Assembly: GCA_963754875.1 (NCBI GenBank)
Contig: CAVWHO010000013.1
Location: 1 to 64,000 of the forward strand
Direction of reading: 5' to 3'
Length of the DNA stretch: 64,000 bases
Origin: Nitrospirota bacterium
GTDB lineage: Bacteria > Nitrospirota > UBA9217
This document shows positions 19,129 to 31,339 of this stretch, piece by piece. The notes under the pieces are model-generated. The model saw only the letters and a program-made list of their open reading frames with translations, was not told the DNA's origin and searched no databases. How positions within the stretch are numbered: the first letter of the stretch is position 1; each line of letters begins with the position of its first letter. Made by a program: the position numbers and the translations under genes.

Positions 19129-20336
19129 TAGATTGACGGATACATCGTGCCGAGAAAGGTGACGGGGCCAGATTTTGGAATCACCTTATCAAGAAGAAAG
19201 CTATCTATCAGGCCTAACGCTGCACCAACAGCCGTGCCAGCTGCAGGGATCAACCCTGTCCCTGTAGATGCGACCCAACGAATAATTTTCCCAGTCGTAC
19301 CGTGTACGAGTGGAGCCAGTCGCGCTCGTATATTACTAAAGTGGCTCTCAATCTCTTCTGCAGATAAGTCTTCACTATTTCGTAACCACGTTCTAAATGA
19401 TCTACACTCGTCTGATTCTCGAATTTCTAACACCCTTTTAAGATTTATAGAATTTGGTTGTACATTTGATAATTCGGGAAATCCAGTTATCTCTAACACT
19501 CGACGAAAAAGTTTTACCTGTCGTTCTGGATCCAATTGTTGATCTAAAAAACTTAGCTTACTATCGAATACAGGAAGTTCAATAGCCTGCAATCCAGTCA
19601 AAGCATTGTGGTTCTTCATTGACTCAATGCGAAGATTAAGCCCTCCGACCGCCAGCAATCCAGATTCAATTGCTTTGTGTGTTTGTAGCTCATTAAGCCC
19701 AAATAAATTAGCTATGTTCGATTCGCTATGGTAATCGTCTTCATCAAGTGGAATTATGTTAAGAGAGAATTCGGTTGGACGGACATGTATGCCATAAATT
19801 CTATTAAGTGCTAAAGAAACAGCGGTGCGGAGCACAGGAGCATTACTCCGCAAGTCTGCCCTTAGCTGCTCAAGGGTTTGTTGTCCGCCTTTGTCAGGTT
19901 CTGCCCGCAGACGCCCTGCGATTGCATGCTGTAACTTCATTGATTGTTTGTGACTGACACCTTCAATCCCAAATACTTCCTTAAAACAGTTATGTAGATA
20001 TTCCTTCTGCGCGATGCGGACAACATTAAAAGAATATGAACCTAACGGTAAAACTTCCTTATGACTACGCTGCTGAAGAAAATTTGTTTGGCCAATGGAC
20101 CCTATCGCAATCGCATCACAATAAATTTCAACTGCACCTGAGTCAATCAGTGCATAAATATCATCGTATCCGAAGAATTTTACTAGCGCACGTATATCTT
20201 TCAACCGAATAGATTCAATTATGACCTTATCGAATAACAGGAGATACTCAATCAAGGCGCTCGGCTCTAATCGAATTTCTTCGGGATTGTCTGTAGTAGT
20301 AGCTATTCTGCCGAAAAAACGATCTCGGATATCCAT
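19113..20336 (-). CDS. Hypothetical protein, AT-rich, possible former gene cassette
   Basis: 407-aa ORF with atypical codon usage and a C-terminal Gly/Ala hydrophobic hairpin (VASTGTGLIPAAGTAVGAALGLIDSFLL). Confidence 0.7.
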   Translation of the reverse strand: MDIRDRFFGRIATTTDNPEEIRLEPSALIEYLLLFDKVIIESIRLKDIRALVKFFGYDDIYALIDSGAVEIYCDAIAIGSIGQTNFLQQRSHKEVLPLGSYSFNVVRIAQKEYLHNCFKEVFGIEGVSHKQSMKLQHAIAGRLRAEPDKGGQQTLEQLRADLRSNAPVLRTAVSLALNRIYGIHVRPTEFSLNIIPLDEDDYHSESNIANLFGLNELQTHKAIESGLLAVGGLNLRIESMKNHNALTGLQAIELPVFDSKLSFLDQQLDPERQVKLFRRVLEITGFPELSNVQPNSINLKRVLEIRESDECRSFRTWLRNSEDLSAEEIESHFSNIRARLAPLVHGTTGKIIRWVASTGTGLIPAAGTAVGAALGLIDSFLLDKVIPKSGPVTFLGTMYPSIYQNKL

Positions 20337-20375
20337 TTAGAATGAATTACCTTTACAATAAGCTTTTAACCAGTC

Positions 20376-20480
20376 GTAGGATGAGTAGAATGACGTGAAA
20401 TCCAACATATCCAAAATAATTCCTCGTAAAGATCGTTCGTAGTTGATTCATCGGGTTTCGCGTTGCTCTACCCAACCTGC
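20376..20480. repeat. Degenerate GTAG-family REP doublet (REPIN-like)
   Basis: GTAGGATGAGTAGA...GAAATCC ... GGGTTTCGCGTTGCTCTACCCAACCTGC. Confidence 0.5.
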
Positions 20481-20494
20481 CAGCTCGATCTCTC

Positions 20495-21370
20495 TCAGTC
20501 AGGGAAAATCCACGCTTGTGTTATGCCCTTTTTCAATAAATACGCACTACAATCCTCTTGTGTGCTAGCTGGTAAAATTAACTTAATGAATATATATTCA
20601 TTCTTCTTTTCTTGTGCTGCCCACATCTCTGCAAGGTCATATCTCAGTTCCATCTGAGCTATGTAAACAGCTTGTTGATTGTTTGCTCTCTGTTGCTTAA
20701 TTTGTTTCTTGGGATGAAATATTAATGGCACACCCAATGCTTGCCCGGCGTTCCCCTTTTCATGCATTAAATCAAGTATCGCTTCGACTTTTATCGTCTG
20801 TAGCGTTTTGCCTGTTGCCGGAGCATCGCAAATCCATATAGCACCGTCTCCAGTGCGATCTTTGTTTGCAAAGAAAAGAGCAACCTCTTGCGACTTAGTC
20901 CAATCTAAAACAAATGTACCCTTAAACTGTGGGTGATCTTCTTCTGGATATTGCTGGCATCTTTTAATCAACTCGAACCAGGCATCAATGTCACGCTCTT
21001 CTTCCAAGCGCTTTAATTCAAGACTGGGCTGAGCCAAAACGCCAAACTTTAGAAACAATAAATCCAGAAGCACCATGTGGTAAATAATAGGCCGTCTTAT
21101 GGAATCGGCGATCTTGCTGTGCGCAGGCACATCAAACAGCTTTTTCTTACATGTCCTTACAAAAGTAGAATCCAATAACCATGAGCTATCTGCATGCCCT
21201 CGAAATAGCGGTAGAGGATTGTTGCCGGAGCAAGCTTTCGTAATATGGTCTAGTTCTAGAAGGAAGTTCTCAAAACTGGTTGGAGCCCATTCATGCGAGT
21301 CAGCACTCATTTTTGTGCTTTGGCAAATCGGTGTTATTCTTATCATCTTGATGCCTGCCTTACAATTCAC
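20495..21370 (-). CDS. FRG domain protein (start may be ATG at 21346)
   Basis: LFRGHADSSWLL...VLDWTKSQEVALFFA...RANNQQAVY. Confidence 0.8.
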   Translation of the reverse strand: MNCKAGIKMIRITPICQSTKMSADSHEWAPTSFENFLLELDHITKACSGNNPLPLFRGHADSSWLLDSTFVRTCKKKLFDVPAHSKIADSIRRPIIYHMVLLDLLFLKFGVLAQPSLELKRLEEERDIDAWFELIKRCQQYPEEDHPQFKGTFVLDWTKSQEVALFFANKDRTGDGAIWICDAPATGKTLQTIKVEAILDLMHEKGNAGQALGVPLIFHPKKQIKQQRANNQQAVYIAQMELRYDLAEMWAAQEKKNEYIFIKLILPASTQEDCSAYLLKKGITQAWIFPD

Positions 21371-21459
21371 AGCGTGAATCAGTTCTTGATCTGTAAATGC
21401 TCGATCAAGCTCCCATCGCTTTCCCTGACGACGCGATAATGCATCATGGCGGCAACTAC

Positions 21460-22296
21460 TTATATGGGACAGACTTCAAACAACCTCGCTGTTCCCTCAT
21501 GCTTTTTGTTTGTTTTTGCTTCGCTCGTAGTGGTTCCTTTTTTTATGTGATACTCTATCTTACGGGAAACGCAAAAATCTATGACCTGTCGGCTAAGTTC
21601 GTCATAAAAGGATTTATATTCCGGATACCTCGTAACCATCGTATTGTAGTTCAGCCTTCCGAAGATAATCTTGTCAACGAATGAAACGGCTCTCAATATA
21701 TCGCGGAAACTCTGGCTCACCATGTTCGGTGTAGGATAGGGCTCGATGCTCACCCATGTTTTGATACCCTTCTTGTGCAGCTTATAGAGGCTGTCAATAC
21801 GGTCCTTGTACAGAGCTGACCCTGGCTCATATTTTTTTCTGAAATCTTCATTTAGTGAAACCAAGGTGATTCCGAATTCGTTCTTTTTGCTCAAGGATGT
21901 TAACTCTACCGGCAGAATTCCTTTTGTCAACGCAGTACATCTGATATCTGCATCGTTGAGCATTCTTATAAGCTGGACACTTAAATCCGAAATCTCTTGA
22001 TAGTCGTGCATAAACGGATCGGTACTGAAGCACAAATGCACAAACTTTATCTTGTCCTTTGTTTTAGGAATTTCCTTTTTTAGCAAGTCCACAGCGTTAC
22101 TGACTATCTTAGGCTCGACCCACTCTTCATAGCTCTTAACTTTGCCGAACCTTTTGGCCATCATCATGGCGTAACACGGGTACAGACAGCCGTGAGAACA
22201 GCCTTCAACATGGTTGATAGTATAATCTCCGTATTCAACGGCGGTTTTATAGAGCAGCGACTTCCGGATTATAGTGGTGGCGCACTTTTTTCTCAT
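21460..22296 (-). CDS. Radical SAM protein, spore-photoproduct-lyase-like, atypical CxxxCxxxC
   Basis: INHVEGCSHGCLYPCYA, FSTDPF, LTKG, YEPGS...RIDSL, TWVSIEP. Confidence 0.8.
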   Translation of the reverse strand: MRKKCATTIIRKSLLYKTAVEYGDYTINHVEGCSHGCLYPCYAMMMAKRFGKVKSYEEWVEPKIVSNAVDLLKKEIPKTKDKIKFVHLCFSTDPFMHDYQEISDLSVQLIRMLNDADIRCTALTKGILPVELTSLSKKNEFGITLVSLNEDFRKKYEPGSALYKDRIDSLYKLHKKGIKTWVSIEPYPTPNMVSQSFRDILRAVSFVDKIIFGRLNYNTMVTRYPEYKSFYDELSRQVIDFCVSRKIEYHIKKGTTTSEAKTNKKHEGTARLFEVCPI

Positions 22297-22899
22297 TCTA
22301 AATCCTTTTCCTCACGGTAATTTTGTACTTGCCATAGTCCATGGCTATTGCCGGTTTTCCCGTTGGCGTTGTAGCCGGTACTCGATCAACAATCAAATCA
22401 GAATTCTGCTCCATCTGCCGTATTTTTTTCTGGTACTCAGACTCCGAAAAACTGATGCCATATTTATGAATCAATTTAACGATGAGTTCTTTGAGAGGTA
22501 CGCCGAAGTTGTTTGACGTAACCAATGATAGAATATTTTTACGAAGCGCATCTGCCGGAACGCCAGGAAATTCAAAATCGAACAGCACCTGTTGGCCGCC
22601 CCGTTGGTTCTCCAACATTTGTTTCCACTTCTTGTTCATGTTATCGGCCATCAATATCAACCCGTCTGCATGATTAGAACCGAAAATGAGACGGTATTGA
22701 GTATTCCGGTCCTAACCGACCCACCATTCCGCTGTTATCCGACCCCTGATTCCGTTTTAATCCGACCCACGATTCCGGTGGTATCCGACCCACCATTCCG
22801 ATTCAATTCGGTCATTCGCTAATCCACAAATCGACGCTGGGTAAATTCTATAAATTCGTATATCCTGCCTCCTTCAAATACGCCTCTGAGGAGATCCGG

Positions 22900-24441
22900 A
22901 TGACGAGAGAAAGAATACCTATGCGAACAATCAAAGAAGTCTTACGCCTAAAATGGTCCTGCGGCCTGGGTCGCCGTGCCATCGCCAAAAGCTGTGGCAT
23001 CGCCAAGAGCACGGTTATCGAGTATTTGAGGCGAGCAGAGAAGGCCAGCCTATCATGGCCTCTGCCGGCAGAACTGGACGACGCCGCTCTTGAGCATCTT
23101 CTCTTCCCACCTGTAATTCTTTCCGATTCCCCGCGCCCGCTTCCGGTCTGGGAGGACGTCCACCGCGAGCTTGCACGTAAAAGCGTTACCCTGACGCTTC
23201 TGTGGGACGAGTACAAAGCGCAATATCCGGACGGATATCAATATTCTTTCTTCGCGGAACTCTACCGAGCTTATGCAAAAAAGCTCGATATCTCCATGCG
23301 CCAGGTGCATTACGCGGGAGAGAAGCTATTTGTAGACTACTGCGGTCAAACAGTCCCGGTAATCGACAAATCCACTGGAGAGATGCACGACTGCCAGATC
23401 TTCGTCGCTGTCTTGGGCGCCAGCAACTTTACATATGCCGAAGCAACATACACGCAGGGTCTGCCGGACTGGATCGGCTCCCATGTTAGGGCGCTGCAGT
23501 TTATCGACGGTGTCCCTGAAATCCTGGTCCCCGACAATCTCCTCTCCGGCATCACCAAGGCCTGTCGCTATGAGCCAGGCGTCAATCGCACCTATCAAGA
23601 GCTTGCGGTTCATTATGGGGCCGCGGTCATTCCGGCCCGTGTCAGAAAGCCCAAAGACAAAGCGAAAGTAGAAGCCGGGGTCCTCCTGGTGCAGCGGTGG
23701 ATCCTGGCTGCCCTCAGGAACCGCACCTTTTTCAGCCTTGCAGAGCTCAATGCCGCTATCCGGGAACTGCTGGATAGACTCAATAACCGGCCCTTCAAGA
23801 AGCTCTCCGGCAGCCGTATGGGCCGGTTTTTGGAGATCGATAAACCGGCACTACAGCCTTTGCCTGCGATTTTCTTCGAATACGCGGAATGGAAAATAAA
23901 AAAACGGTCCGGTATCGATTACCATGTCGAAGTCAATGACCATTATTACAGCGTACCCTATCAGCTTCGCAATGAATACCTGGATGTACGGCTAACGGAA
24001 TCGATTGTGGAAGTCTTCTTTCACAACAAACGGGTGGCCTCACATATCCGGTCTTATGCCAAGGGAAGACATACGACCCTTGCCGAGCACATGCCGAAGT
24101 CCCATCGGGACTATGCTGACTGGACCCCAGAGCGCCTGATACGCTGGGCGTCGGAAACCGGCAAATCAACGGCAGAGCTGGTTACGGCCATTCTCGCAAA
24201 GAAGCTTCATCCGCAACAAGGCTTTCGCTCCTGCATGGGAATCATCACCCTTTCCAAGAAGTTTGGCAAAGAACGCGTTGAGGCTGCCTGCAAAAGGGCA
24301 CTCGCCATCGGGGGCACCAGCTTCGGAAGCGTCAAATCCATCCTTCAAACCGGCTTGGACAAAAAGCCATTGCCGGAGTCGAGGCCTGCATCACCGGTGA
24401 TCACTCACAGCAATATCCGTGGCCGCGAATACTATAACTAA
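22900..24441 (+). CDS. istA: IS21 transposase
   Basis: HYAGEKLFVDYCG, LVPDNL, KPKDKAKVE. Confidence 0.96.
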   Translation: MTRERIPMRTIKEVLRLKWSCGLGRRAIAKSCGIAKSTVIEYLRRAEKASLSWPLPAELDDAALEHLLFPPVILSDSPRPLPVWEDVHRELARKSVTLTLLWDEYKAQYPDGYQYSFFAELYRAYAKKLDISMRQVHYAGEKLFVDYCGQTVPVIDKSTGEMHDCQIFVAVLGASNFTYAEATYTQGLPDWIGSHVRALQFIDGVPEILVPDNLLSGITKACRYEPGVNRTYQELAVHYGAAVIPARVRKPKDKAKVEAGVLLVQRWILAALRNRTFFSLAELNAAIRELLDRLNNRPFKKLSGSRMGRFLEIDKPALQPLPAIFFEYAEWKIKKRSGIDYHVEVNDHYYSVPYQLRNEYLDVRLTESIVEVFFHNKRVASHIRSYAKGRHTTLAEHMPKSHRDYADWTPERLIRWASETGKSTAELVTAILAKKLHPQQGFRSCMGIITLSKKFGKERVEAACKRALAIGGTSFGSVKSILQTGLDKKPLPESRPASPVITHSNIRGREYYN

Positions 24442-24458
24442 CCTCAAAGGAGATCATT

Positions 24459-25199
24459 ATGTTAGCGCATCCCACACTCGACAAGATCGAACAACTCCGT
24501 CTTTTTGGCATGGCAAAAGCCCTGCGTGAACAAGTACAGAATCAAAAGGCAACTGCCCTAAGCTTCGAGGAGCGCCTTGGGCTCCTCATTGACCGAGAGC
24601 TGACTGAACGAGAGAACAGACGACTTGTTACGCGCTTACGAGCTGCAAAACTGAGAATCTCGGCGTCTGTTGAAGACATCGACTTCCGTCAGCCTCGAGG
24701 GCTGGACAAATCGCTCATTCTGTCGCTTGCGTCGAACAAATGGATTACCGAGCACCACAATCTGCTCATCATCGGCCCGACCGGCGTGGGCAAGAGCTAC
24801 CTTGCTTGCGCCCTGTCCCATAAGGCCTGCCGGGACGGTCATGCCGTCGTGTATCAAAGGCTGCCACGACTCTTGGAAGATCTGGCACTTTCTCATCATG
24901 ACGGGCGATATCGAAAACTGATGAAGTCTCTTCTTAAAGCAGACCTTCTTGTCCTCGACGACTTCGGACTTGCTCCGCTTACGACGGAACAGCAAAGAGA
25001 TCTTCTGGAAATTATCGAGGACCGCTATGATCGCCGGTCAACTCTCATAACTACGCAAATGCCCGTAAAGCACTGGCATGATATCCTGGCCGACCCGACC
25101 TTAGCTGACGCTATCATGGATCGTCTGGTACACAATGCTTACAAAATAGAACTGAAAGGAGAGTCAATGAGAAAGAGCAAATCATCTATCAAGCGTTGA
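24459..25199 (+). CDS. istB: IS21 helper AAA+ ATPase
   Basis: GPTGVGKS, LLVLDDFG, DAIMDRLVHNA, GESMRK. Confidence 0.96.
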   Translation: MLAHPTLDKIEQLRLFGMAKALREQVQNQKATALSFEERLGLLIDRELTERENRRLVTRLRAAKLRISASVEDIDFRQPRGLDKSLILSLASNKWITEHHNLLIIGPTGVGKSYLACALSHKACRDGHAVVYQRLPRLLEDLALSHHDGRYRKLMKSLLKADLLVLDDFGLAPLTTEQQRDLLEIIEDRYDRRSTLITTQMPVKHWHDILADPTLADAIMDRLVHNAYKIELKGESMRKSKSSIKR

Positions 25200-26306
25200 C
25201 AAGTCAAAATCCCTGTGAGATAGTAGCTTCAGCCCAGCGCCTGGTCAGCCCAATTAGCGGAGGGGTCGCTTTGAAGCGGAACGCGGGGTCGCATAACTTC
25301 GGAATCAGGGGTCGGATTCACCGGAATACAAAACGGTATTTCGGGAGATGGCTTGATTTGACTTTTATGGGTATGTTTACGGTGTACTTGAAGATATTTC
25401 CTAGCTTGTGGCTGTATTCCGAAATGAACGTATCTTCAGCCTGATATATATCAATTGTGTTGTCATAGTATTTTTTCACTATCTCTTGCCAGTATGTTCC
25501 ACCGGCAATTGAGTCCATGCGATCGGCGGTATTGATGTCCTCATCGCTTTCATAGTCAGTCAATTCATCATCACTCAGGAGTTCTGTGTATTTTAGAAGC
25601 CGGCATCCTTCTCTGAGGAAACCGGCGGTGTTAAAGTTCATCAGCAATTCAAACGAGGAGTACTGCCGCTCTTTGATGAGATTGAAGTTGTCGAGATTGA
25701 GGCTTTTTATACCGTAAGGGTCAACATATAAGAAGAGGCTGCTGTTTTTGTCTAATGACAATATTTTATTTAGGTTGTCCTCGAAGGTCCCAGGCAAGAC
25801 CTCTGTATTGGGATAGCCACTCAAGTTTTTTTTCAACTCAGCGCTGTACTTTTTTTCAATAAAAGTTCCTTTAAGCTTGCCGCTTAAAACCGGATTCTTC
25901 TGAATGTTCTCTTTTATGCGCTCAGCTATTATTATCGGTGATCCGTTTATCCCATTATCAAATTTCCCTTTGCCCGCAAAGCAATCAAAGATATATAACG
26001 GCTTGCCCGTATGTAGTATTTTCGCGATATACGGGGTCAGATAGTAATCGAGGATTTCATCCTTCAGCACTGACCATGGTTTCTTTTCACTGAAGAAATC
26101 TTTGGTCTGGCCCACTACTTCACCTCCTCGACTACATAGATGAGACTCTATTAAGCGATTATTGCGTTCAGTCTACGCCGCCAGCTCTTTCAGCACGTGC
26201 CAACCTGTGCATTTTGCTGTTAACTCATTTGCGCCCATTCTACATAAATACTGTGGCTGTGTCTATTGAAAGCTCTTGCGATAATGAACGCATGGAATAA
26301 CCTGAA

Positions 26307-26900
26307 CTACTTATATTTCCTCACCACCGCCGTCACCACGCCGGCGATCTTGAGTTCGTTTTCGGGCTTGATGGGTTTGTATTTCGGGTTTGCCGGCAGG
26401 AGAAGGACGCTGCCCCCGCGCTTGCGCAGATATTTCATGGTCCACTGACCGTCCACTTCGGCGATCACGATGTCGCCGCTTTTGGGTGTCTGGCCTTTGT
26501 CCACGATCACCATGTCGCCCGGCAGGATCCCGGCCCCGGACATGGAATCGCCGCTTACCTTGAGCAGGAACGTGGCTTCCCGGTTCTGGATGAGAAGTTC
26601 GTCGAGCGACAGGGTGTCCACGAGCTCTTCCTCTGCAGGACTCGGGAACCCCGCTTCCACCGTGCCGAGGACCCGCAGCGAAGAGGCAAGAGAGGCGGGG
26701 AGCAGCCTGCCTTTTTCGTCCTTGCTCAAGACCTTGAGCTCTACGAGCTTGGCCACGAGCTTGGACACGGCGTTCTTTGACTGCAGGCCCGTGAATTCCC
26801 CGATCTCGGAAAAGCTCGGCATTCTCCCCTTATCCTTATAGAACCGGGCGATCTCTTTGATGCGGGACTGCAATTTGTCATTCAGGGCGCTTCGTACCAT
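26307..26900 (-). CDS. lexA: LexA-family repressor (wHTH plus S24 peptidase, UmuD-like AGFPSPA cleavage site)
   Basis: MPSFSEI...SKNAV; VEAGFPSPA; VSGDSM (Ser); WTMKY (Lys). Confidence 0.88.
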   Translation of the reverse strand: MVRSALNDKLQSRIKEIARFYKDKGRMPSFSEIGEFTGLQSKNAVSKLVAKLVELKVLSKDEKGRLLPASLASSLRVLGTVEAGFPSPAEEELVDTLSLDELLIQNREATFLLKVSGDSMSGAGILPGDMVIVDKGQTPKSGDIVIAEVDGQWTMKYLRKRGGSVLLLPANPKYKPIKPENELKIAGVVTAVVRKYK

Positions 26901-26907
26901 AGTTCCT

Positions 26908-26936
26908 ATTATAGGTGAACGATCGTTCACTGTCAA
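26908..26936 (-). promoter_or_regulatory. Consensus sigma70 promoter with SOS-box palindrome in the spacer
   Basis: TTGACA-gtgaacgatcgttcacc-TATAAT; GAAC-N4-GTTC (Bacillus-type LexA box); ATG 7 nt after the -10. Confidence 0.85.
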
Positions 26937-27307
26937 GGAACATCTTACGCCCGATTTCGGCAGGTCAACTCATGACGATTATGACGCGGGTCATAGCATG
27001 CCCGGTCTGTTTTGCTTATAGTGACATCATACCTACAGGGTTATAGGGGTAATTGCGCTGGTTCAATTTTGCAGATTGAACCAAGACAACAATGTGAGGT
27101 TCAGGCTACAAGCCTGAACCAGCAAGGGGAGCCCGGAACCAAAATTTTGGAACCGCTAAGGCGCGATGGCCTGAAAAATGAACCGGCCACTTAGTAAAAC
27201 ACGCGAAGGAGTGCTAAAGATTCTTTCGTTCAAGACCTGCAGTTAAAGTTCTCTGCGTCCTGGTGAAAGATTTTGACACTTACAGTCAGGTAATAAGGAG
27301 GAAGTTT

Positions 27308-27529
27308 ATGAAAGAGCTGGATGTTACGACAATCCCCCCGAAGGACAGGCACCCATTGATCTTTTCCCTGTTTGACGGGCTGGCAAAAGGCGAGGCATTT
27401 GTTTTGACCAACGATCACGATCCCAAACCGCTTTACTATAGCTTTCTGCATGAGCGCGAAGGCCGGTTTGCCTGGGAGTACCTTGAGCAGGGGCCAATAC
27501 TCTGGAAGGTCAAGATTTCAAAGATCTGA
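27308..27529 (+). CDS. DUF2249 domain protein
   Basis: LDVTTIPPKDRHPLIF...NDHDPKPL...EYLEQGP. Confidence 0.88.
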   Translation: MKELDVTTIPPKDRHPLIFSLFDGLAKGEAFVLTNDHDPKPLYYSFLHEREGRFAWEYLEQGPILWKVKISKI

Positions 27530-28943
27530 TCCGGGAAGGGGCTTGGGGAGAGGACGTCCGGGACTCGCCGTTGTCTCATCATGATCTGTTGCGGATGTCG
27601 CCCCTGCACCCTGTGCCGTTCCTGTTACGGAGTCAAGCAGCTGGAGAAACGACTCACGCGCAACCTTGCTGTTCAGGATGCCGACGTGGGTTTCATTGAT
27701 CCCGATGACCTTACGCGCGGCGTTTTGCAGATCGGGCTGCAACTGCGAGCGGAGCGTGACCGAGCCGTCGCTGCTCTCTCCCAGCTTGAACCGGGAAGTG
27801 TCGTTGTAGGAGAAGTAGAGATAGAAGGGCAGCATGTTTCGGGAACGGCTTTCGGGCGAGGTCCTTCAGAAACGGACTTTCTGCCGCAATGTCATGCCAC
27901 ACGGGAACGACGACCGGCGCGTTTTCTATTCCCTTTCGGGCCGCCTCATCGCCGCCATAGGGCGTTGAAAAGGAACAGTACAACTTGAGCGAAGAAGGGA
28001 ACCCTTCCTCTGAAAGTTTGTTGATCGCCGACAGTGCGACGAGTCCGCCCATGCTGTGCGCGACCAGAACAATATTGCGCCGGCCACGTTTCGAACTTCT
28101 GTCGATTGAGCTGATCGTCTGAGCAAGCAGGGTGCCTAGTTTGTCAAGGCGGAGCCCCGAAGGATAATAGAAGAAAAGCGGCTGAAAGCGCCGGCGATCA
28201 AGGCCGTCGGTCAGGAACTTCCAGTCCCTCGGTGTCCCGGAAATGCCGTGCACAAACAGGACGATCGTCCTGTTGTCCTCGCCGTAGCCTTCGAGGCCGA
28301 AGATAAATCCCTGTGTATGGGCCATCAGCTCCGATGGATTATAAAGACCTACGGGACCGTACTTGGGATCGAAAAACTCGTCGTCGAGAGACGCATAGAC
28401 GGAGCTGATCGGCCTTACCTTTTCGTGAACGTGGAAGGCGGTCTCAGCCGGGTGCTCGAAATCCACGGTTATCGTCGGGCCTTCGACAATGGCCCCGTTT
28501 TTGGAATGCTCGGGGTTGACCAGTACGGAAGCACGGCCGATGAGTTCCTCCCCCTCGAAATCACCGTCTCGATCAAGGTCCGCAAACACGTACAGCTCAT
28601 ACTCTCCCTTGGGAAGGAACGCCGTATAGGCATCGGCGGAGGCAGGGAGCTGCACCAGGGCGACTTTTTCGTCCTGTTGATAGCGGTTACTGACGGCTAT
28701 GAGGAGCAGGGGCTCCTGCCGTTTCTGGAGCTTGATGATTGCTCCGGTAAGGAACAACGAATCTTGCGGTGCAACCTCATTCAGCGTCGACACGCTCGGG
28801 AAAAAGCGCAAGTTCTGGTGCTGGTGCATTTGCCTGGTATAATATCCCACGTATCCGCAGCCCGGCAGGGCGGAAGCGGAAAGGAGGGAGAACGCAATGA
28901 GAAACGCTCTCCATCGGGCCGGGTAGAATCGGGAAAGAGCCAT
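27518..28943 (-). pseudogene. Alpha/beta hydrolase lipoprotein (PGAP1-like), frameshifted near 27836
   Basis: Lipobox LPGC, FVHGISG, AHSMGG. The candidate Asp (SDGSV) and His (THVGIL) lie in the shifted frame. Confidence 0.75.
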
Positions 28944-28997
28944 GCTGTGGTCCGTCCTTCGTTATTTGGCGGTCATCGTAGAAACATCATGGCTGTC

Positions 28998-31118
<2,121 letters not shown>

Positions 31119-31339
31119 AGGTTGGAATTCCTCTTGACGGGATTACAGGATAAAAGCGGGCTGCCAAGCAACCCTGGTTTCAACAGCATCGTCAATCCTG
31201 GTGAAATCGTAAGTTTGATTCAACCACGGAGTCTCAAAGGAGCTTACCATTCTTGATTTATGTTACTCCGTGTCTCAGTGCCTCCGTGGCAGATTTTGAC
31301 TTTTTATAAGCGTCAATCCTACTGTCCGGTCGAAATTAG

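Larger units (their letters stand above)
22698..25332 (+). mobile_element. IS21-family insertion sequence with 7-bp target duplication ACGGTAT
   Basis: istA-istB; ends TGAGTATTCCGG and CCGGAATACAAA; ACGGTAT at 22691-22697 and 25333-25339; 23-bp-spaced CCGACCC...ATTCCG subterminal repeats. Confidence 0.95.
22298..26115 (-). pseudogene. tcmP: Three-Cys-motif partner (TcmP-like, methyltransferase fold) gene interrupted by IS21
   Basis: KPWSVLK...YLTPY...IFDCFAGKG...GSPII; FLYVDPYG. Removing the IS and one TSD rejoins HLPKYR-LIFGSNHADGLILMADNM in frame. Confidence 0.85.

Noticed and set aside
22714..22810. Four to five 23-bp-period repeats resembling a mini-CRISPR or iterons
   Set aside because: The spacers are only about 5 bp and the motif recurs inverted at the other IS end. 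These are IS21 subterminal transposase-binding repeats.
26901..26936. TTG-started N-terminal extension of lexA
   Set aside because: The TTG is the -35 box and the extension is the promoter/operator itself.
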